This document shows positions 24,560-37,290 of a stretch of DNA of 64,000 nucleotides, in pieces. Below the pieces are notes generated by a model that did not search any database, was not told the origin of the DNA, and was given only the letters and a program-made list of their open reading frames with translations. Position 1 is the stretch's first letter; each line of letters opens with the position of its first letter. The translations under genes were made by a program, and so were the position numbers. The stretch comes from Macrostomum lignano (Eukaryota). Where the stretch lies: the NCBI GenBank assembly GCA_002269645.1, contig NIVC01001921.1, positions 124,001-188,000 on the forward strand, read 5' to 3'.

Positions 24560-25010
24560 ATGGTGTTGACCCACTTTTGTAGGCCTTGACCCAGCGGTGT
24601 TGGCCCATTCAAAGGCCAGGACCCAGAATTGTTTACCCATTCATAGGCCTTGACCCAGCGTGTTGACCCATTCATTGGCCTTGACCCAAAATTGTTGACC
24701 CATTCATAGGCCTTGACCTAGCGGTTTTGACCCATTCATAGGCCCTGACCCACCGGTGTTGACCCATTCATAGGCCTGGACCCAGAATTGTTTACCCATT
24801 CATAGGCCTTGACCCAGCGTGTTGACCCATTCATTGGCCTTGACCCAAAATTGTTGACCCATTCATAGGCCTTGACCTAGCGGTTTTAGACCCATTCATA
24901 GGCCCTGACCCACCGGTGTTGACCCATTCATAGGCCTTGACCCAAAATTGTTGACCCATTGATATGTCTTGACCCAGCAGTGTTGACCCTTTCATATGCC
25001 TTGACCCTCT
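24560..25010. repeat. about 29-bp degenerate repeat (TTGACCCATTCATAGGCCTTGACCC...) downstream of the DENN stop
   Basis: Visible; includes a duplicated block of about 170 bp. Confidence 0.9.
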
Positions 25011-25418
25011 GACCCACAGGCAGTGACCCATTCGTTGGCTCTGAACCATCAGCTTGCTAGCGGCGGGGCCCACAGTGCATGATTGCGCAATCAGTCCGCT
25101 TGTCATTGATGATAATTGCTAATCTGCATTCACCAGTCAGTAATCAGTTATAATCATTTTCTATTCGAAACTCTCGTATCCAGCATTCCACCTCCAGTGC
25201 GTGTCCGAGTCTTTCCAGCTGCTATTTTATTGCCTTGATAATCTTATCTAATCCCCAAGATGTACTCTTCTTTTGCCACTCTGTACTTTTGCGTTTCTGT
25301 GTTTAGCTCTGCCAGTCCTGTTTGTACAGATCTTCGAGTCTAACATTCCTTGCTGATTTTTTGTGCTAATTATAATAATAAATTAATTATTCATGCTCGA
25401 TTTTACTGGATTTTGTCC

Positions 25419-25463
25419 GTTGCTATGGCGACGGAAAGAAAACGGTGCGTTGCTTATGGCAAC
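25419..25463. promoter_or_regulatory. two RFX X-box-like motifs (GTTGCTATGGCGAC; GTTGCTTATGGCAAC)
   Basis: Close matches to the RFX palindrome GTTGCCATGGCAAC, 30 bp apart. Target gene unclear. Confidence 0.5.
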
Positions 25464-25502
25464 ATTCATAGGGCTTGGTTCGCCTATTGCATGTAAACTG
25501 TA

Positions 25503-26840
25503 CGAATGAATAGAATGGATTGCTAATCTAGCCAACATGATAAAGGAATAGAATGGATTGCTAATCTAGCCAACATGAATAAAGGAATAGAATGGATTGC
25601 TAATCTAGCCAACATGAATAAAGGAATAGAATGGATTGCTAATCTAGCCAACATGAATAAAGTAATAGAATGGATTGCTAATCTAGCCAACATGAATAAA
25701 GGAATAGAATGGATTGCTAATCTAGCCAACATGAATAAAGGAATAGAATGGATTGCTAATCTAGCCAATGTCGATGAAGGAATAGAATGGATTGCTAATC
25801 TAGCCAACATGGATGCAGGAATAGAATGGATTGCTAATCTAGCAAACATGGATGCAGGAATAGAATGGGTTGCTAATCTAGCCAACATGGATGCAGGAAT
25901 AGAATGGGTTGCTAATCTAGCCAACATGGATGCAGGAATAGAATGGATTGCTAATCTAGCCAACATGGATGCAGGAATAGAATGGATTGCTAATCTAGCC
26001 AACATGGATGCAGGAATAGAATGGGTTGCTAATCTAGCCAACATGGATGCAGGAATAGAATGGATTGCTAATCTAGCCAACATGGATGCAGGAATAGAAT
26101 GGATTGCTAATCTAGCCAACATGAATAAAGGAATAGAATGGATTGCTAATCTAGCCAACATGAATAAAGTAATAGAATGGATTGCTAATCTAGCCAACAT
26201 GAATAAAGGAATAGAATGGATTGCTAATCTAGCCAACATGAATAAAGGAATAGAATGGATTGCTAATCTAGCCAACATGGATGCAGGAATAGAATGGATT
26301 GCTAATCTAGCCAACATGGATGCAGGAACAGAATGGATTGCTAATCTAGCCAACATGAATAAAGGAATAGAATGGATTGCTAATCTAGCCAACATGAATA
26401 AAGGAATAGAATGGATTGCTAATCTAGCCAACATGGATGCAGGAATAGAATGGATTGCTAATCTAGCCAACATGGATGCAGGAATAGAATGGATTGCTAA
26501 TCTAGCCAACATGGATGCAGGAATAGAATGGATTGCTAATCTAGCCAACATGGATGCAGGAATAGAATGGATTGCTAATCTAGCCAACATGGATGCAGGA
26601 ATAGAATGGATTGCTAATCTAGCCAACATGGATGCAGGAATAGAATGGATTGCTAATCTAGCCAACATGGATGCAGGAATAGAATGGATTGCTAATCTAG
26701 CCAACATGGATGCAGGAATAGAATGGGTTGCTAATCTAGCCAACATGGATGCAGGAATAGAATGGATTGCTAATCTAGCCAACATGGATGAAGGAATAGA
26801 ATGGGTTGCTAATCTAGCCAACATGGATGAAGGAATAGAT
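25503..26840. repeat. 39-bp minisatellite (ATGGATGCAGGAATAGAATGGATTGCTAATCTAGCCAAC), about 34 copies
   Basis: Visible tandem array with interspersed variants; same family as 29822-31118. Confidence 0.98.
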
Positions 26841-27100
26841 GACTAATTATACTTTTATCAGGGTATTAAAAGAGATGAGTGAGGCTGCGAGAGTTACTTA
26901 TTTTTTTATAGGCAAATAATTTGTTATCAAATTTACTTGATAAGTTTATCTATATATTTAATTGGTTTACAAAACACATTTGCGGCAACGAATGCAGCCG
27001 AAGCGGCCGTTCCTCCATCAAAGACAGTAACATAGCATTCAACAGTAGCTTGAAGCAATTAAAGCAAATCGGCTTTGCTGAGCTCAAGTCTGCAGAAATC

Positions 27101-30100
27101 TCAGGTCTTCCGCCTGGTGATGTGGTCGTAGATCACAATTTGCGTGTACTTTGGCGACTCAATGATAGTTCGAGTAGAATTGTCGCCTGGGTTGCTGGCC
27201 TGAATTTCAATTGGTTGCGTTTTAATTTAAACACTAATCATACTACTGACTACTTAGTGATTGAAAAAAACTCACGTTCGGATCTACGTTGAGAATTTTT
27301 CTGTCTCGCTTGTTTTTAAACAGCAGGCCCGAGGCGTTGTCCGCAATCACCGAGTAGTTTTGCGTCGGCGTCGAGGACACGTTGTGGGTCTCCCAGTTGT
27401 AGAAGCTGCGGGGTTATCCAGTTGTGGCACTTTGTACACTTACGAGTGTTTGTGGAAAAAGTAGAGAGCCAGAATGCTATTTAGGCGGTGAGGGAGGAGG
27501 GGCAGGGAGTGAGGAGGGGAAGGGAGTGAGGAGGGGCAGGGAGTGAAGTGGGGCAGGAAGTGAGGAGGGGCAGGGAGTGAGGAGGGGAAGGGAGTGAGGA
27601 GGGGCAGGGAGTGAAGTGGGGCAGGAAGTGAGGAGGGGCAGGGAGTGAGGAGGGGAAGGGAGTGAAGTGGGGCAGGGAGTGAGGAGGGGCAGGGAGTGAG
27701 GAGGGGAAGGGAGTGAGGTGGGGTACTGAGGTGGGGTAGGGAGTGAGGAGGGGCAGGGAGTGAGGAGGGGCAGGGAGTGAAGTGGGGCAGGAAGAGAGGA
27801 GGGGAAGGGAGTGAGGAGGGGCAGGGAGTGAAGTGGGGCAGGAAGTGAGGAGGGGCAGGGAGTGAGGAGGGGCAGGGAGTAAAGTGGGGCAGGAAGTGAG
27901 GAGGGGAAGGGAGTGAGGAGGGGCAGGGAGTGAAGTGGGGCAGGAAGTGAGGAGGGGCAGGGAGTGAGGAGGGGCAGGGAGTGAAGTGGGGCAGGGAGTG
28001 AGGAGGGGCAGGGAGTGAGGAGGGGAAGGGAGTGAGGTGGGGTACTGAGGTGGGGTAGGGAGTGAGGAAGGGCAGGGAGTGAAGTGGGGCAGGAAGTGAG
28101 GAGGGGCAGGGAGTGAGGAGGGGAAGGGAGTGAGGTGGGGTACTGAGGTGGGGTAGGGAGTGAGGAGGGGCAGGGAGTGAAGTGGGGCAGGAATTGAGGA
28201 GGGGCAGGGAGTGAAGTGAGGCAGGAAGTGAGGAGGGGCTGGGAGTGAAGTGAGGCAGGAAGTGAGGAGGGGCAGGGAGTGAAGTGAGGCAGGAAGTGAG
28301 GAGGGGCAGGGAGTGAGGAGGGGAAGGGAGTGAGGTGGGGTACTGAGGTGGGGTAGGGAGTGAGGAGGGGCAGGGAGTGAAGTGGGGCAGGAAGTGAGGA
28401 GGGGCAGGGAGTGAGGAGGGGAAGGGAGTGAGGTGGGGTACTGAGGTGGGGTAGGGAGTGAGGAGGGGCAGGGAGTGAAGTGGGGCAGGAAGTGAGGAGG
28501 GGCAGGGAGTGAAGTGAGGCAGGAAGTGAGGAGGGGCAGGGAGTGAAGTGGGGCAGGGAGTGAGGAGGGGCAGGGAGTGAAGTGGGGCAGGAAGTGAGGA
28601 GGGGCAGGGAGTGAGGAGGGGAAGGGAGTGAGGTGGGGTACTGAGGTGGGGTAGGGAGTGAGGAGGGGCAGGGAGTGAAGTGGGGCAGGAATTGAGGAGG
28701 GGCAGGGAGTGAAGTGAGGCAGGGAGTGAGGAGGGGCAGGTAGTGAGGAGGGGCAGGAAGTGAGGAGTGGCAGGGCAGAGCCAAACGTTCTGCAGCCTCA
28801 TCACCTCAGATCTGACGGCCTTGGCAGGAGCCGCCGGCGCTCATTAAAGTAGGGCTCGAAGTCCTCCATTTTGAGCCGGTGAGCATAATCGATATAACCG
28901 GAGATCTCCTGGCCCTTGTTGTTCTTGTCTCGTAGAAAAATAATTGTCTGTTAAAGACGGAGGGTTGGCAATCGTAAATTCATGTGCAATTTGAAATTAC
29001 GCAAGCCGTCGCTGCACCGGTACTTACCGTCATCTTTCCGCTCCTGTTGGCCTCCTCGCGATTGGCCAGGGCCTTGAGGAAGGGGTCCTTGAACTCCTTG
29101 CCCGAGCTGGACAGAGCCCTGGAAGAGATGGCAAAAAATAAATAAGTGGCTGTGGTCACGTGATGTAGCAAGTAGAAATTTTTCTCGCCAGAAAGAAACG
29201 AACTAGTTGTACGAGCAGTTTACGAAAAAGAAAAACTGAGAACTAAATTTTCATGTATCCAAGGAATAGCGGGTAAGTACGTCGATACAATTTGAGGAAA
29301 TTGAAATAAAATTGCTACAGAAAAGTAACAGAAAGATTTAACAAGCCATTAATTCTATTTCTACAGGTCTGCTACGAAATGGCTTTATAAATGTTGAATA
29401 AACATTGTGGCTATCGATTTCTAATTTATGGTTTGGGATGCCGCTAGAGCCGCTATTTAATATTACCTGTACATATACAGTTTAGGAAAAACAAAAACTT
29501 TAAGAATTGAAACAAATTTTTGAACAAATAATTTTTTCGACTTCTTCTTTCGCAATCAATGCAACAAATGATTATATAGGGACAATAAGTGTATTTGTTG
29601 TCAGCTACAGTTGAAGGAATATATGATACGCAAATTAGAAGGCAAAAATGCTGAAAAGAATTTCAGCTGCTTTACTACTGTCAGTAGTGTGCACTTACAC
29701 ATGCTCCTCTCTTGAAAGTGAAGGAAAAAGTTATTCGCATTAATTTGGTTTTTTATTATCTCCGTCATAAGGTGAAAAACTTTGCATTGTTCTAACTGGG
29801 TAGCTTCCCGTGTCTAGCGACTGAATAGATTGCTGATCTAGCCCACATGCATGAAGGATTAGAATGGATTACTGATCTAGCCAATGTCGATGAAGGAATA
29901 GAATGGATTGCTAATCTAGCCAATGTCGATGAAGGAATAGAATGGATTGCTAATCTAGCCAACATGAATAAAGTAATAGAATGGGTTGCTAATCTAGCCA
30001 ACATGGATGCAGGAATAGAATGGATTGCTAATCTAGCCAACATGGATGCAGGAATAGAATGGATTGCTAATCTAGCCAACATGGATGCAGGAATAGAATG

Positions 30101-31700
30101 GATTGCTAATCTAGCCAACATGGATGCAGGAATAGAATGGATTGCTAATCTAGCCAACATGGATGCAGGAATAGAATGGATTGCTAATCTAGCCAACATG
30201 GATGCAGGAATAGAATGGATTGCTAATCTAGCCAACATGGATGCAGGAATAGAATGGATTGCTAATCTAGCCAACATGGATGCAGGAATAGAATGGATTG
30301 CTAATCTAGCCAACATGGATGCAGGAATAGAATGGATTGCTAATCTAGCCAACATGGATGCAGGAATAGAATGGATTGCTAATCTAGCCAACATGGATGC
30401 AGGAATAGAATGGATTGCTAATCTAGCCAACATGGATGCAGGAATAGAATGGGTTGCTAATCTAGCCAACATGGATGCAGGAATAGAATGGATTGCTAAT
30501 CTAGCCAACATGGATGCAGGAACAGAATGGATTGCTAATCTAGCCAACATGGATGCAGGAACAGAATGGATTGCTAATCTAGCCAACATGGATGCAGGAA
30601 CAGAATGGATTGCTAATCTAGCCAACATGGATGCAGGAACAGAATGGATTGCTAATCTAGCCAACATGGATGCAGGAATAGAATGGATTGCTAATCTAGC
30701 CAACATGGATGCAGGAATAGAATGGATTGCTAATCTAGCCAACATGGATGCAGGAATAGAATGAATTGCTAATCTAGCCAACATGGATGCAGGAATAGAA
30801 TGGATTGCTAATCTAGCCAACATGGATGCAGGAATAGAATGAATTGCTAATCTAGCCAACATGGATGCAGGAATAGAATGGATTGCTAATCTAGCCAACA
30901 TGGATGCAGGAATAGAATGGATTGCTAATCTAGCCAACATGGATGCAGGAATAGAATGGATTGCTAATCTAGCCAACATGGATGCAGGAACAGAATGGAT
31001 TGCTAATCTAGCCAACATGGATGCAGGAATAGAATGGATTGCTAATCTAGCCAACATGGATGCAGGAATAGAATGGATTGCTAATCTAGCCAACATGGAT
31101 GCAGGAATAGAATGGGTTGCCAGATTGGCGAAATTTGATGGAGAAACGCCTAATGTGTCCGAAGCAATGTTCATGTACAAATTATTCCATATTCCAAAGC
31201 AATTAGAAACCCACATACTTTTAACTGATTTTGAAATTCGCAAATAGAAAAATCCCTGCTTAATAAAGAAATGACGGGGCGAAAGTGCATCACGAAAAGG
31301 GCGCCCAAAGACCACTCTAGTACACTACTTTAATACAACGGTGGTCCTTGAGGGCACACATGGACTCACTTCTGCTGCGTCTGCTTCGATAGCTTGGCAG
31401 CCTCGGCGGCCTCCTTCCTAGCCGCGAATTCCTCCCGCTTGAGGACCTCGCCGCTGCCGCGGTAGCCGAGTTCCACAAGTTGGCGAGCCAGCTCCTCATC
31501 CTTCGGTTTGAGTAGATATGATTTGCCGTTTGAACTTCTTGGACTTTGCCGAAGATTGAAAGTTTTAAATAAAAGACTGCTATTTAACTAACCTCAAGGT
31601 AGTGCAGGTCCAAAGGAGTGACCTGGCTGTCTAGAAAGTCCTCATAGGTGTTGAACTCTGTCACAATGCTGTCCACACCACCAACTGCTTCGTCTTCCAT
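27101..31700 (-). CDS. CFAP299: cilia- and flagella-associated protein 299 (C4orf22 family), 233 aa; exons 31700-31593, 31500-31370, 29118-29028, 28947-28805, 27405-27276, 27199-27101
   Basis: Six GT-AG phase-compatible exons (702 nt) give [26 protein letters not shown]...[22 protein letters not shown]...[48 protein letters not shown]...[18 protein letters not shown]...DHITRRKT*, matching CFAP299 along its length. Confidence 0.95.
27487..28775. repeat. purine-rich 15-17-bp degenerate minisatellite (GGGAGTGAGGAGGGGCA and variants), CFAP299 intron 4
   Basis: Visible; strongly G-skewed on the + strand. Confidence 0.95.
29822..31118. repeat. second 39-bp minisatellite array, about 33 copies, CFAP299 intron 2
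   Basis: Same unit and orientation as 25503-26840. Confidence 0.98.
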
Positions 31701-33179
31701 TGCTTACATGAAAGATCACGTTTTTCTGTTTTGATTTTTTAAATTCAGCAAGAAACATTGAAATCTCATTTTGGCTGCATGGCTTATTGAAAAAAGTATC
31801 CATTGTGTGAATTTTTTAAGAAAAAACTTTCTATTGTCTTTTTATGTGCTGTATGGCATTAAATTTGCTTTCTTCCAAACTAAAAGTCAACCAGATAAAG
31901 TCAGAGTTTGATGCTTTTTAAGATTATTGAGAAAAACTATAATAGTAGCTGAATTGCTTCTTTTTTATGAATTATTTTTAAGAGCTATTATCTATAAATT
32001 AAAGTAAGAACTATCTTACAAATTTTACTAAAGTGCAACATGCTTATATATTATGTTATAATATAACCTTATGTGATTAAATATTCGCTATGTATTTTCA
32101 TTGATATCCTCCATATTGCGAGAGAGTACTAATTCTGCCTATTCAGGATAAAATGTATATCTCGTTTTCTTATTTCGAAAAATTCGTTGTCTTTTTACAA
32201 ATAACTCGTAATCTCACAGTGTGAGTGAAAACTTGAAAGGCTGCGATAAAATTGATTGAAGTAGTAAAAAATAAGACCGTGCCTAATAATAATATAGCTA
32301 ACACATTTCTCGAGGTTGGTAATCGACGAAATTATTAAGTACGCTTGTAAAAACATTTTAGGTTTAAAAACATTTATTTTCCTAACAATTAAAAACGAAC
32401 ATATTGCAAAAATACGCATGTCATTGCTTTTTAAATAGTGAGGCGTACTTGGAAACGAATTTGCTACTTAGTATAATAAAGTTTTATGTAGCTTTTATTA
32501 TTAGACCTAAACTCTGAGAGTAATACATAGTTTAGAAGTAATATTAACCCATGAAAACGTGTTTTTTAGTTTTTATTTTTTACGAAACTTAGATACAGAT
32601 CCACGTTGGCCTTTAAAGCAAAATTTTTTTCGAAATAGTCACTTTTCTGTTCTGAAACCATAAAATAATAAGGGTTTGAGCAGTTCAATAATGACAACTA
32701 ACATTATGATGATTGATATTTTGTACACAAATAATGAAATACATTATTGCATTCTTTTAAATGCAAATCACAAAGCAACTTGAAGTTTGCGTATAAAAAA
32801 GGGTCTATAAAATTGCAAAATTAAAAACTATTATCTCTATTTTTATTGTTTATGTAAATCAAGGGTAAAATAGCTGATAAATCATAAGCTTAACTGGCAT
32901 AATTTTATTTGTATTTTAAGTATTAAATACTTTTAATACCTCTATAAAGCATTTCTGCCAATAAGTTTGTTTTAGTTTGCACTTGGAATTACGTTTAAAC
33001 GTCATCTGCTGACGATTGTTCAAGGAATATTCAAAAGCCTTCCAGCGACTTATACTAATGATACTAAGTATATAAACGTATATAGGTTGGGTGAGTTTAG
33101 AAAGAATATGAGAGAATAATACTGATAATACAGAAAGAATACAGCATACGTACTCGTACGTGCATGTGCAAGAATAAAC

Positions 33180-33919
33180 ATGAGTAGCGTGTGGAACTGG
33201 GTTGGATCAAGAATTTCAACATCCTTTAGCTACTTTCTTGAGTTATTCGGATTAAAAAATAAAAACGGTACGTTTCTAGTCATCGGCCTGGATAATGCCG
33301 GAAAAACGACTCTTTTGCGAAGGCTGAAAGAAGGCACTATGGGCACGCCGGTACCGACCTGGTATTCGTCGAAGTATGAATTCTCCTTTGGTGGCATCTA
33401 CTTCACAGCTTTTGATGTCGGGGGACATGAACAAGTGAGAAAGGTTTGGCGAACCTATTTTCCAGCAGTGGATGCGATCATTTTTATTGTTGACGCCTCT
33501 GACCATCAAAGGTGCGTACATGTTTATGGACAACCGTGTGTACAACGGTTAAAGCTAATAAAATCGCGAATGTAAAGTAATAATTTTCTTTTGAAAAACC
33601 ACCGAATCGCACCAATTCCAAAAGGTTCTCCGAGGCGCGCGCCGAGCTCGACTCGCTATTGTCCGACATCTCGATCCCAGCTGACGCGCCGCTGCTGCTG
33701 CTGGGCAATAAGATCGACCGGCCGACAGCAGCGTCAGAGGAGGATCTGCGTCGCTGGCTTGGCGTGCAGCACCGGACAACTGGGAAGCAGCTGGCTCAGG
33801 CTGGCGCCGCTGCGGGCATCGAGTTCCAGTCTAGGCCAATGGAACTGTTTATGTGCTCCGTTCTGCAGCAACAGGGTTACGGGGAAGCGTTTCGATGGCT
33901 GACCAGTCACATGCGCTAA
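33180..33919 (+). CDS. SAR1: Sar1-family small GTPase (divergent), 208 aa; exons 33180-33511 and 33625-33919
   Basis: N-terminal amphipathic helix, GLDNAGKTTLL, FDVGGHEQ, LLGNKID, RPMELFMCSVL..QGYGEAFRWL. A single phase-2 GT-AG intron joins the two ORF halves. Confidence 0.93.
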
Positions 33920-34274
33920 TCCAGAGACGAAGGCGACTAATCCATAGTGACCTACATGTAATATGCTCCATGCGTATGCACGTTTTATTTGAGATCCTTT
34001 TAGTTGCTAACGAAGCTGTTGTAGTGCCCCAAAATGCACATACATGTAATTTGTAATTTGCTAGCTTGTAAACGAGAGGCGTCTATAAATTAATAATGGT
34101 ACTTCAGTAGTAATCAGTAGCATTTAGACTCAATTGTAATTTAGAATCTGCAAATTTTGTAGTACACCTAAGCAAGAACCTAAGAAAAACAAATTACAGG
34201 CCTAAAATTTGCATTGCGGGCGTTTGGATGATGCAGAACGTAGAAATGACACAATCGGATATATCGTCTAAAAA

Positions 34275-35900
34275 TTGCTATCTGGGGGGATGCTTGCTAT
34301 CTGGGGGGATGCTTGCTATCTGGGGGATGCTTGCTATTTGGGGGATGCTTGCTATCTGGGGGATGCTTGCTATCTGGGGGATGCTTGTTATCTGGGGGAT
34401 GCTTGCTATCTGGGGGATGCTTGCTATCTGGGGGGATGCTTGCTATCTGGGGGGATGCTTGCTATCTGGGAGGATGCTTGCTATCTGGGGGATGCTTTGT
34501 TATCTGGGGGATGCTTGCTATCTGGGGGGATGCTTGTTATCTGGGGGGATGCTTGCTATCTGGGGGATGCTTGCTATCTGGGAGGATGCTTACTATCTGG
34601 GGGGATGCTTGCTATCTGGGGGGATGCTTGCTATCTGGGGGGATGCTTACTATCTGGGGGATGCTTGCTATCTGGGGGATGCTTGCTATCTGGGGGGATG
34701 CTTGCTATCTGGGGGATGCTTGCTATCTGGGGGGATGCTTGCTATCTGGGGGATGCTTGCTATCTGGGGGATGCTTGCTATTTGGGGGGATGCTTGCTAT
34801 TTGGGTGGATGCTTGCTATCTGGGGGATGCTTGCTATCTGGGGGGATGCTTGTTATCTGGGGGATGCTTGCTATCTGGGGGGGATGCTTGCTATCTGGGG
34901 GATGCTTGTTATCTGGGGGATGCTTGCTATCTGGGGGGGATGCTTGCTATCTGGGGGGATGCTTGCTATCTGGGGGGATGCTTGCTATCTGGGAGGATGC
35001 TTGCTATCTGGGGGATGCTTGTTATCTGGGGGATGCTTGCTATCTGGGGGATGCTTGCTATCTGGGGGATGCTTGCTATCTGGGGGATGCTTGCTATCTG
35101 GGGGATGCTTGCTATCTGGGGGATGCTTGCTATCTGGGGGATGCTTGCTATCTGGGGGGATGCTTGCTATCTGGGGGGGTGCTTGCTATCTGGGGGATGC
35201 TTGCTATCTGGGGGGGGGTGCTTGCTATCTGGGGGGATGCTTACTATCTGGGGGATGCTTACTATCTGGGGGGATGCTTGCTATCTGGCGGGATGCTTGC
35301 TATCTGGAAGGATGCTTGCTATCTGGGGGGATGCTTGCTATGTGGGGGATGCTTGCTATCTGGGAGGATGCTTGCTATCTGGCGGGATGCTTGCTATCTG
35401 GGGGGATGCTTGCTATCTGGGGGATGCTTGCTATCTGGCGGAATGCTTGCTATCTGGGGGGATGCTTGTTATCTGGGGGGGGGGGTGCTTGCTATCTGGG
35501 GGGATGCTTGCTATCTGGGAGGATGCTTGCTATCTGGGGATGCTTGCTATCTGGGGGATGCTTGCTATGTGGGGGATGCTTGCTATCTGGGAGGATGCTT
35601 GCTATCTGGGAGGATGCTTGCTATGTGGGGGATGCTTGCTATGTGGGGGATGCTTGCTATCTGGGGGGATGCTTGCTATGTGGGGGATGCTTGCTATCTG
35701 GGGGGATGCTTGCTATCTGGGAGGATGCTTGCTATCTGGGAGGATGCTTGCTATCTGGGGGGATGCTTGCTATCTGGGAGGATGCTTGCTATCTGGGGGA
35801 TGCTTGCTATCTGGGGGGATGCTTGCTATGTGGGAGGATGCTTGCTATGTGGGGGATGCTTGCTATCTGGGGGATGCTTGCTATCTGGGGGGATGCTTGC
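34275..35900. repeat. 18-21-bp minisatellite (GATGCTTGCTATCTGGGGG, variable G run)
   Basis: Visible tandem array; same family as 7031-8140. Confidence 0.97.
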
Positions 35901-36171
35901 TCTCTTTGGGATGTTTTCTATTTAGGGGGAATGTCTGTTATCTTCGTGAAACATTATGTTATTGTCTTTCTGTTGTTTAGAAAAAAAGAAAGAACAGGGA
36001 CTACTCAAACATGTTTGAGTAGTCTTTGAGAAAGAGATTCATAGTAAACATCTTTGTCCGTGACAATTGTACTCGAACAAGGTGATTTATAATACTGAAG
36101 AAGGAATTGGTTCTTAAGAAAATGAGCTTTTTTAATTGTTTTCCATGAATAAGTTTTGCTCCTTGCTTATT

Positions 36172-36204
36172 GCGCGCCCCGAAGGGGGGCACTAGATTGC
36201 TAGT
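36172..36204 (+). mobile_element. Helitron-type terminal signature (GC hairpin followed by CTAG-T)
   Basis: GCCCC-GAAGG-GGGGC hairpin, then CTAG at 36200-36203 and T. Confidence 0.45.
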
Positions 36205-37064
36205 CAAGTACAAAAAACAAATGACACGAAAAATCCCCTCAAAAATATGATCTATTCTACGAGCTAGATATACAATTCGAAAACATTTCTAAGCTCTCCG
36301 TTTGATTCTGTATATTGACAGCGCTGCCTCGATGCAGTCAGAAAGTGCTGAGAGTAGCGCGCGGGCTTTTGCGGCATGCGTTGTCAGGTAAATTGCGTCA
36401 TACATGCGGCTTGCAAAATAAGCATTGGGGGAGCATGTTTCGAATTTGGCGCAAATTTCTTAACTTTTACGTTAGTAAAAAAATTAAGTACGTAATGCAG
36501 TTTAAATCACATAAAAAAACGTACATACATCGTTATGCAAAGACGCATAATTATGGCTTTAAATGTGGTGCAAGAGCCTTTTATACTGAAATTTACCTGA
36601 TTTACCTGAATTTACCTGAAATTTACTCGTACACTAACATTAGAATTATGAAATTAATAAAGCTATTGACAGTTTTAGGGCAAAAGTAAAAAAAGCAATT
36701 TATTTTTTGGATCAATGATGTTTTTTGCCCAGTTTATTTTTTCATGAAAAAGAAACAGTAGAGTATAAACATTGCATACGAGCTATTTAAGCTTACATTT
36801 TTAGCAATACAGCTTTCTTTCAAGGCGGGACTCAATTCCTAATTTGCTGGCCTCCGCCATGCGTTGATAAGCTTGGTGGAGCTGTTTGGAGGCATTCTAG
36901 CCGGAGGTCGCTTGCGATGTCGGCAGCGCCAGTGGAGGCGGAGACGACGGCGCCGTCAAGATCATTAATGCTGTTGTTGTACGGCTGGTCCACGAAGCCC
37001 TTTAAGTCATCGGAGCTCACGATAACTCAAGTAGCGGAGTTTGTTAGACGGTGTCAGGCAAAAC

Positions 37065-37290
37065 GGCTCCAGGCAGGACGGCTCCAGGCAGGACGGCTCC
37101 AGGCAGGACGGCTCCAGGCAGGACGGCTCTAGGCACGGCGGCTCCAGGCAGGACGGCTCCAGGCACGGCGGCGCCAGCGCCAGGCAGGACGGCTCTAGGC
37201 ACGGCGGCTCCAGGCAGGACGGCTCTAGGCATGGCGGCTCCAGGCAGGACGGCTCCAGGCACGGCGGCGCCAGCGCCAGGCAGGACAGCA
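37065..37290. repeat. 15-bp GC-rich repeat (GGCTCCAGGCAGGAC and variants)
   Basis: Visible tandem array within a coding-like, degenerate region. Confidence 0.9.

Noticed and set aside
25140-25400. Minus-strand gene driven by the 25419-25463 X-boxes
   Set aside because: All three frames stop within about 35 codons and no coherent exon chain could be built.
27440-28804. Pro/Ser/Leu-rich ORFs on the minus strand
   Set aside because: They coincide with CFAP299 intron 4 and are low-complexity translations of a repeat.
25523-31315. [13 protein letters not shown] / [13 protein letters not shown] repeat proteins (423-507 aa ORFs)
   Set aside because: The unit length of 39 is a multiple of 3, so open frames are expected. 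One array lies inside a CFAP299 intron and TGA variants interrupt the + frame.
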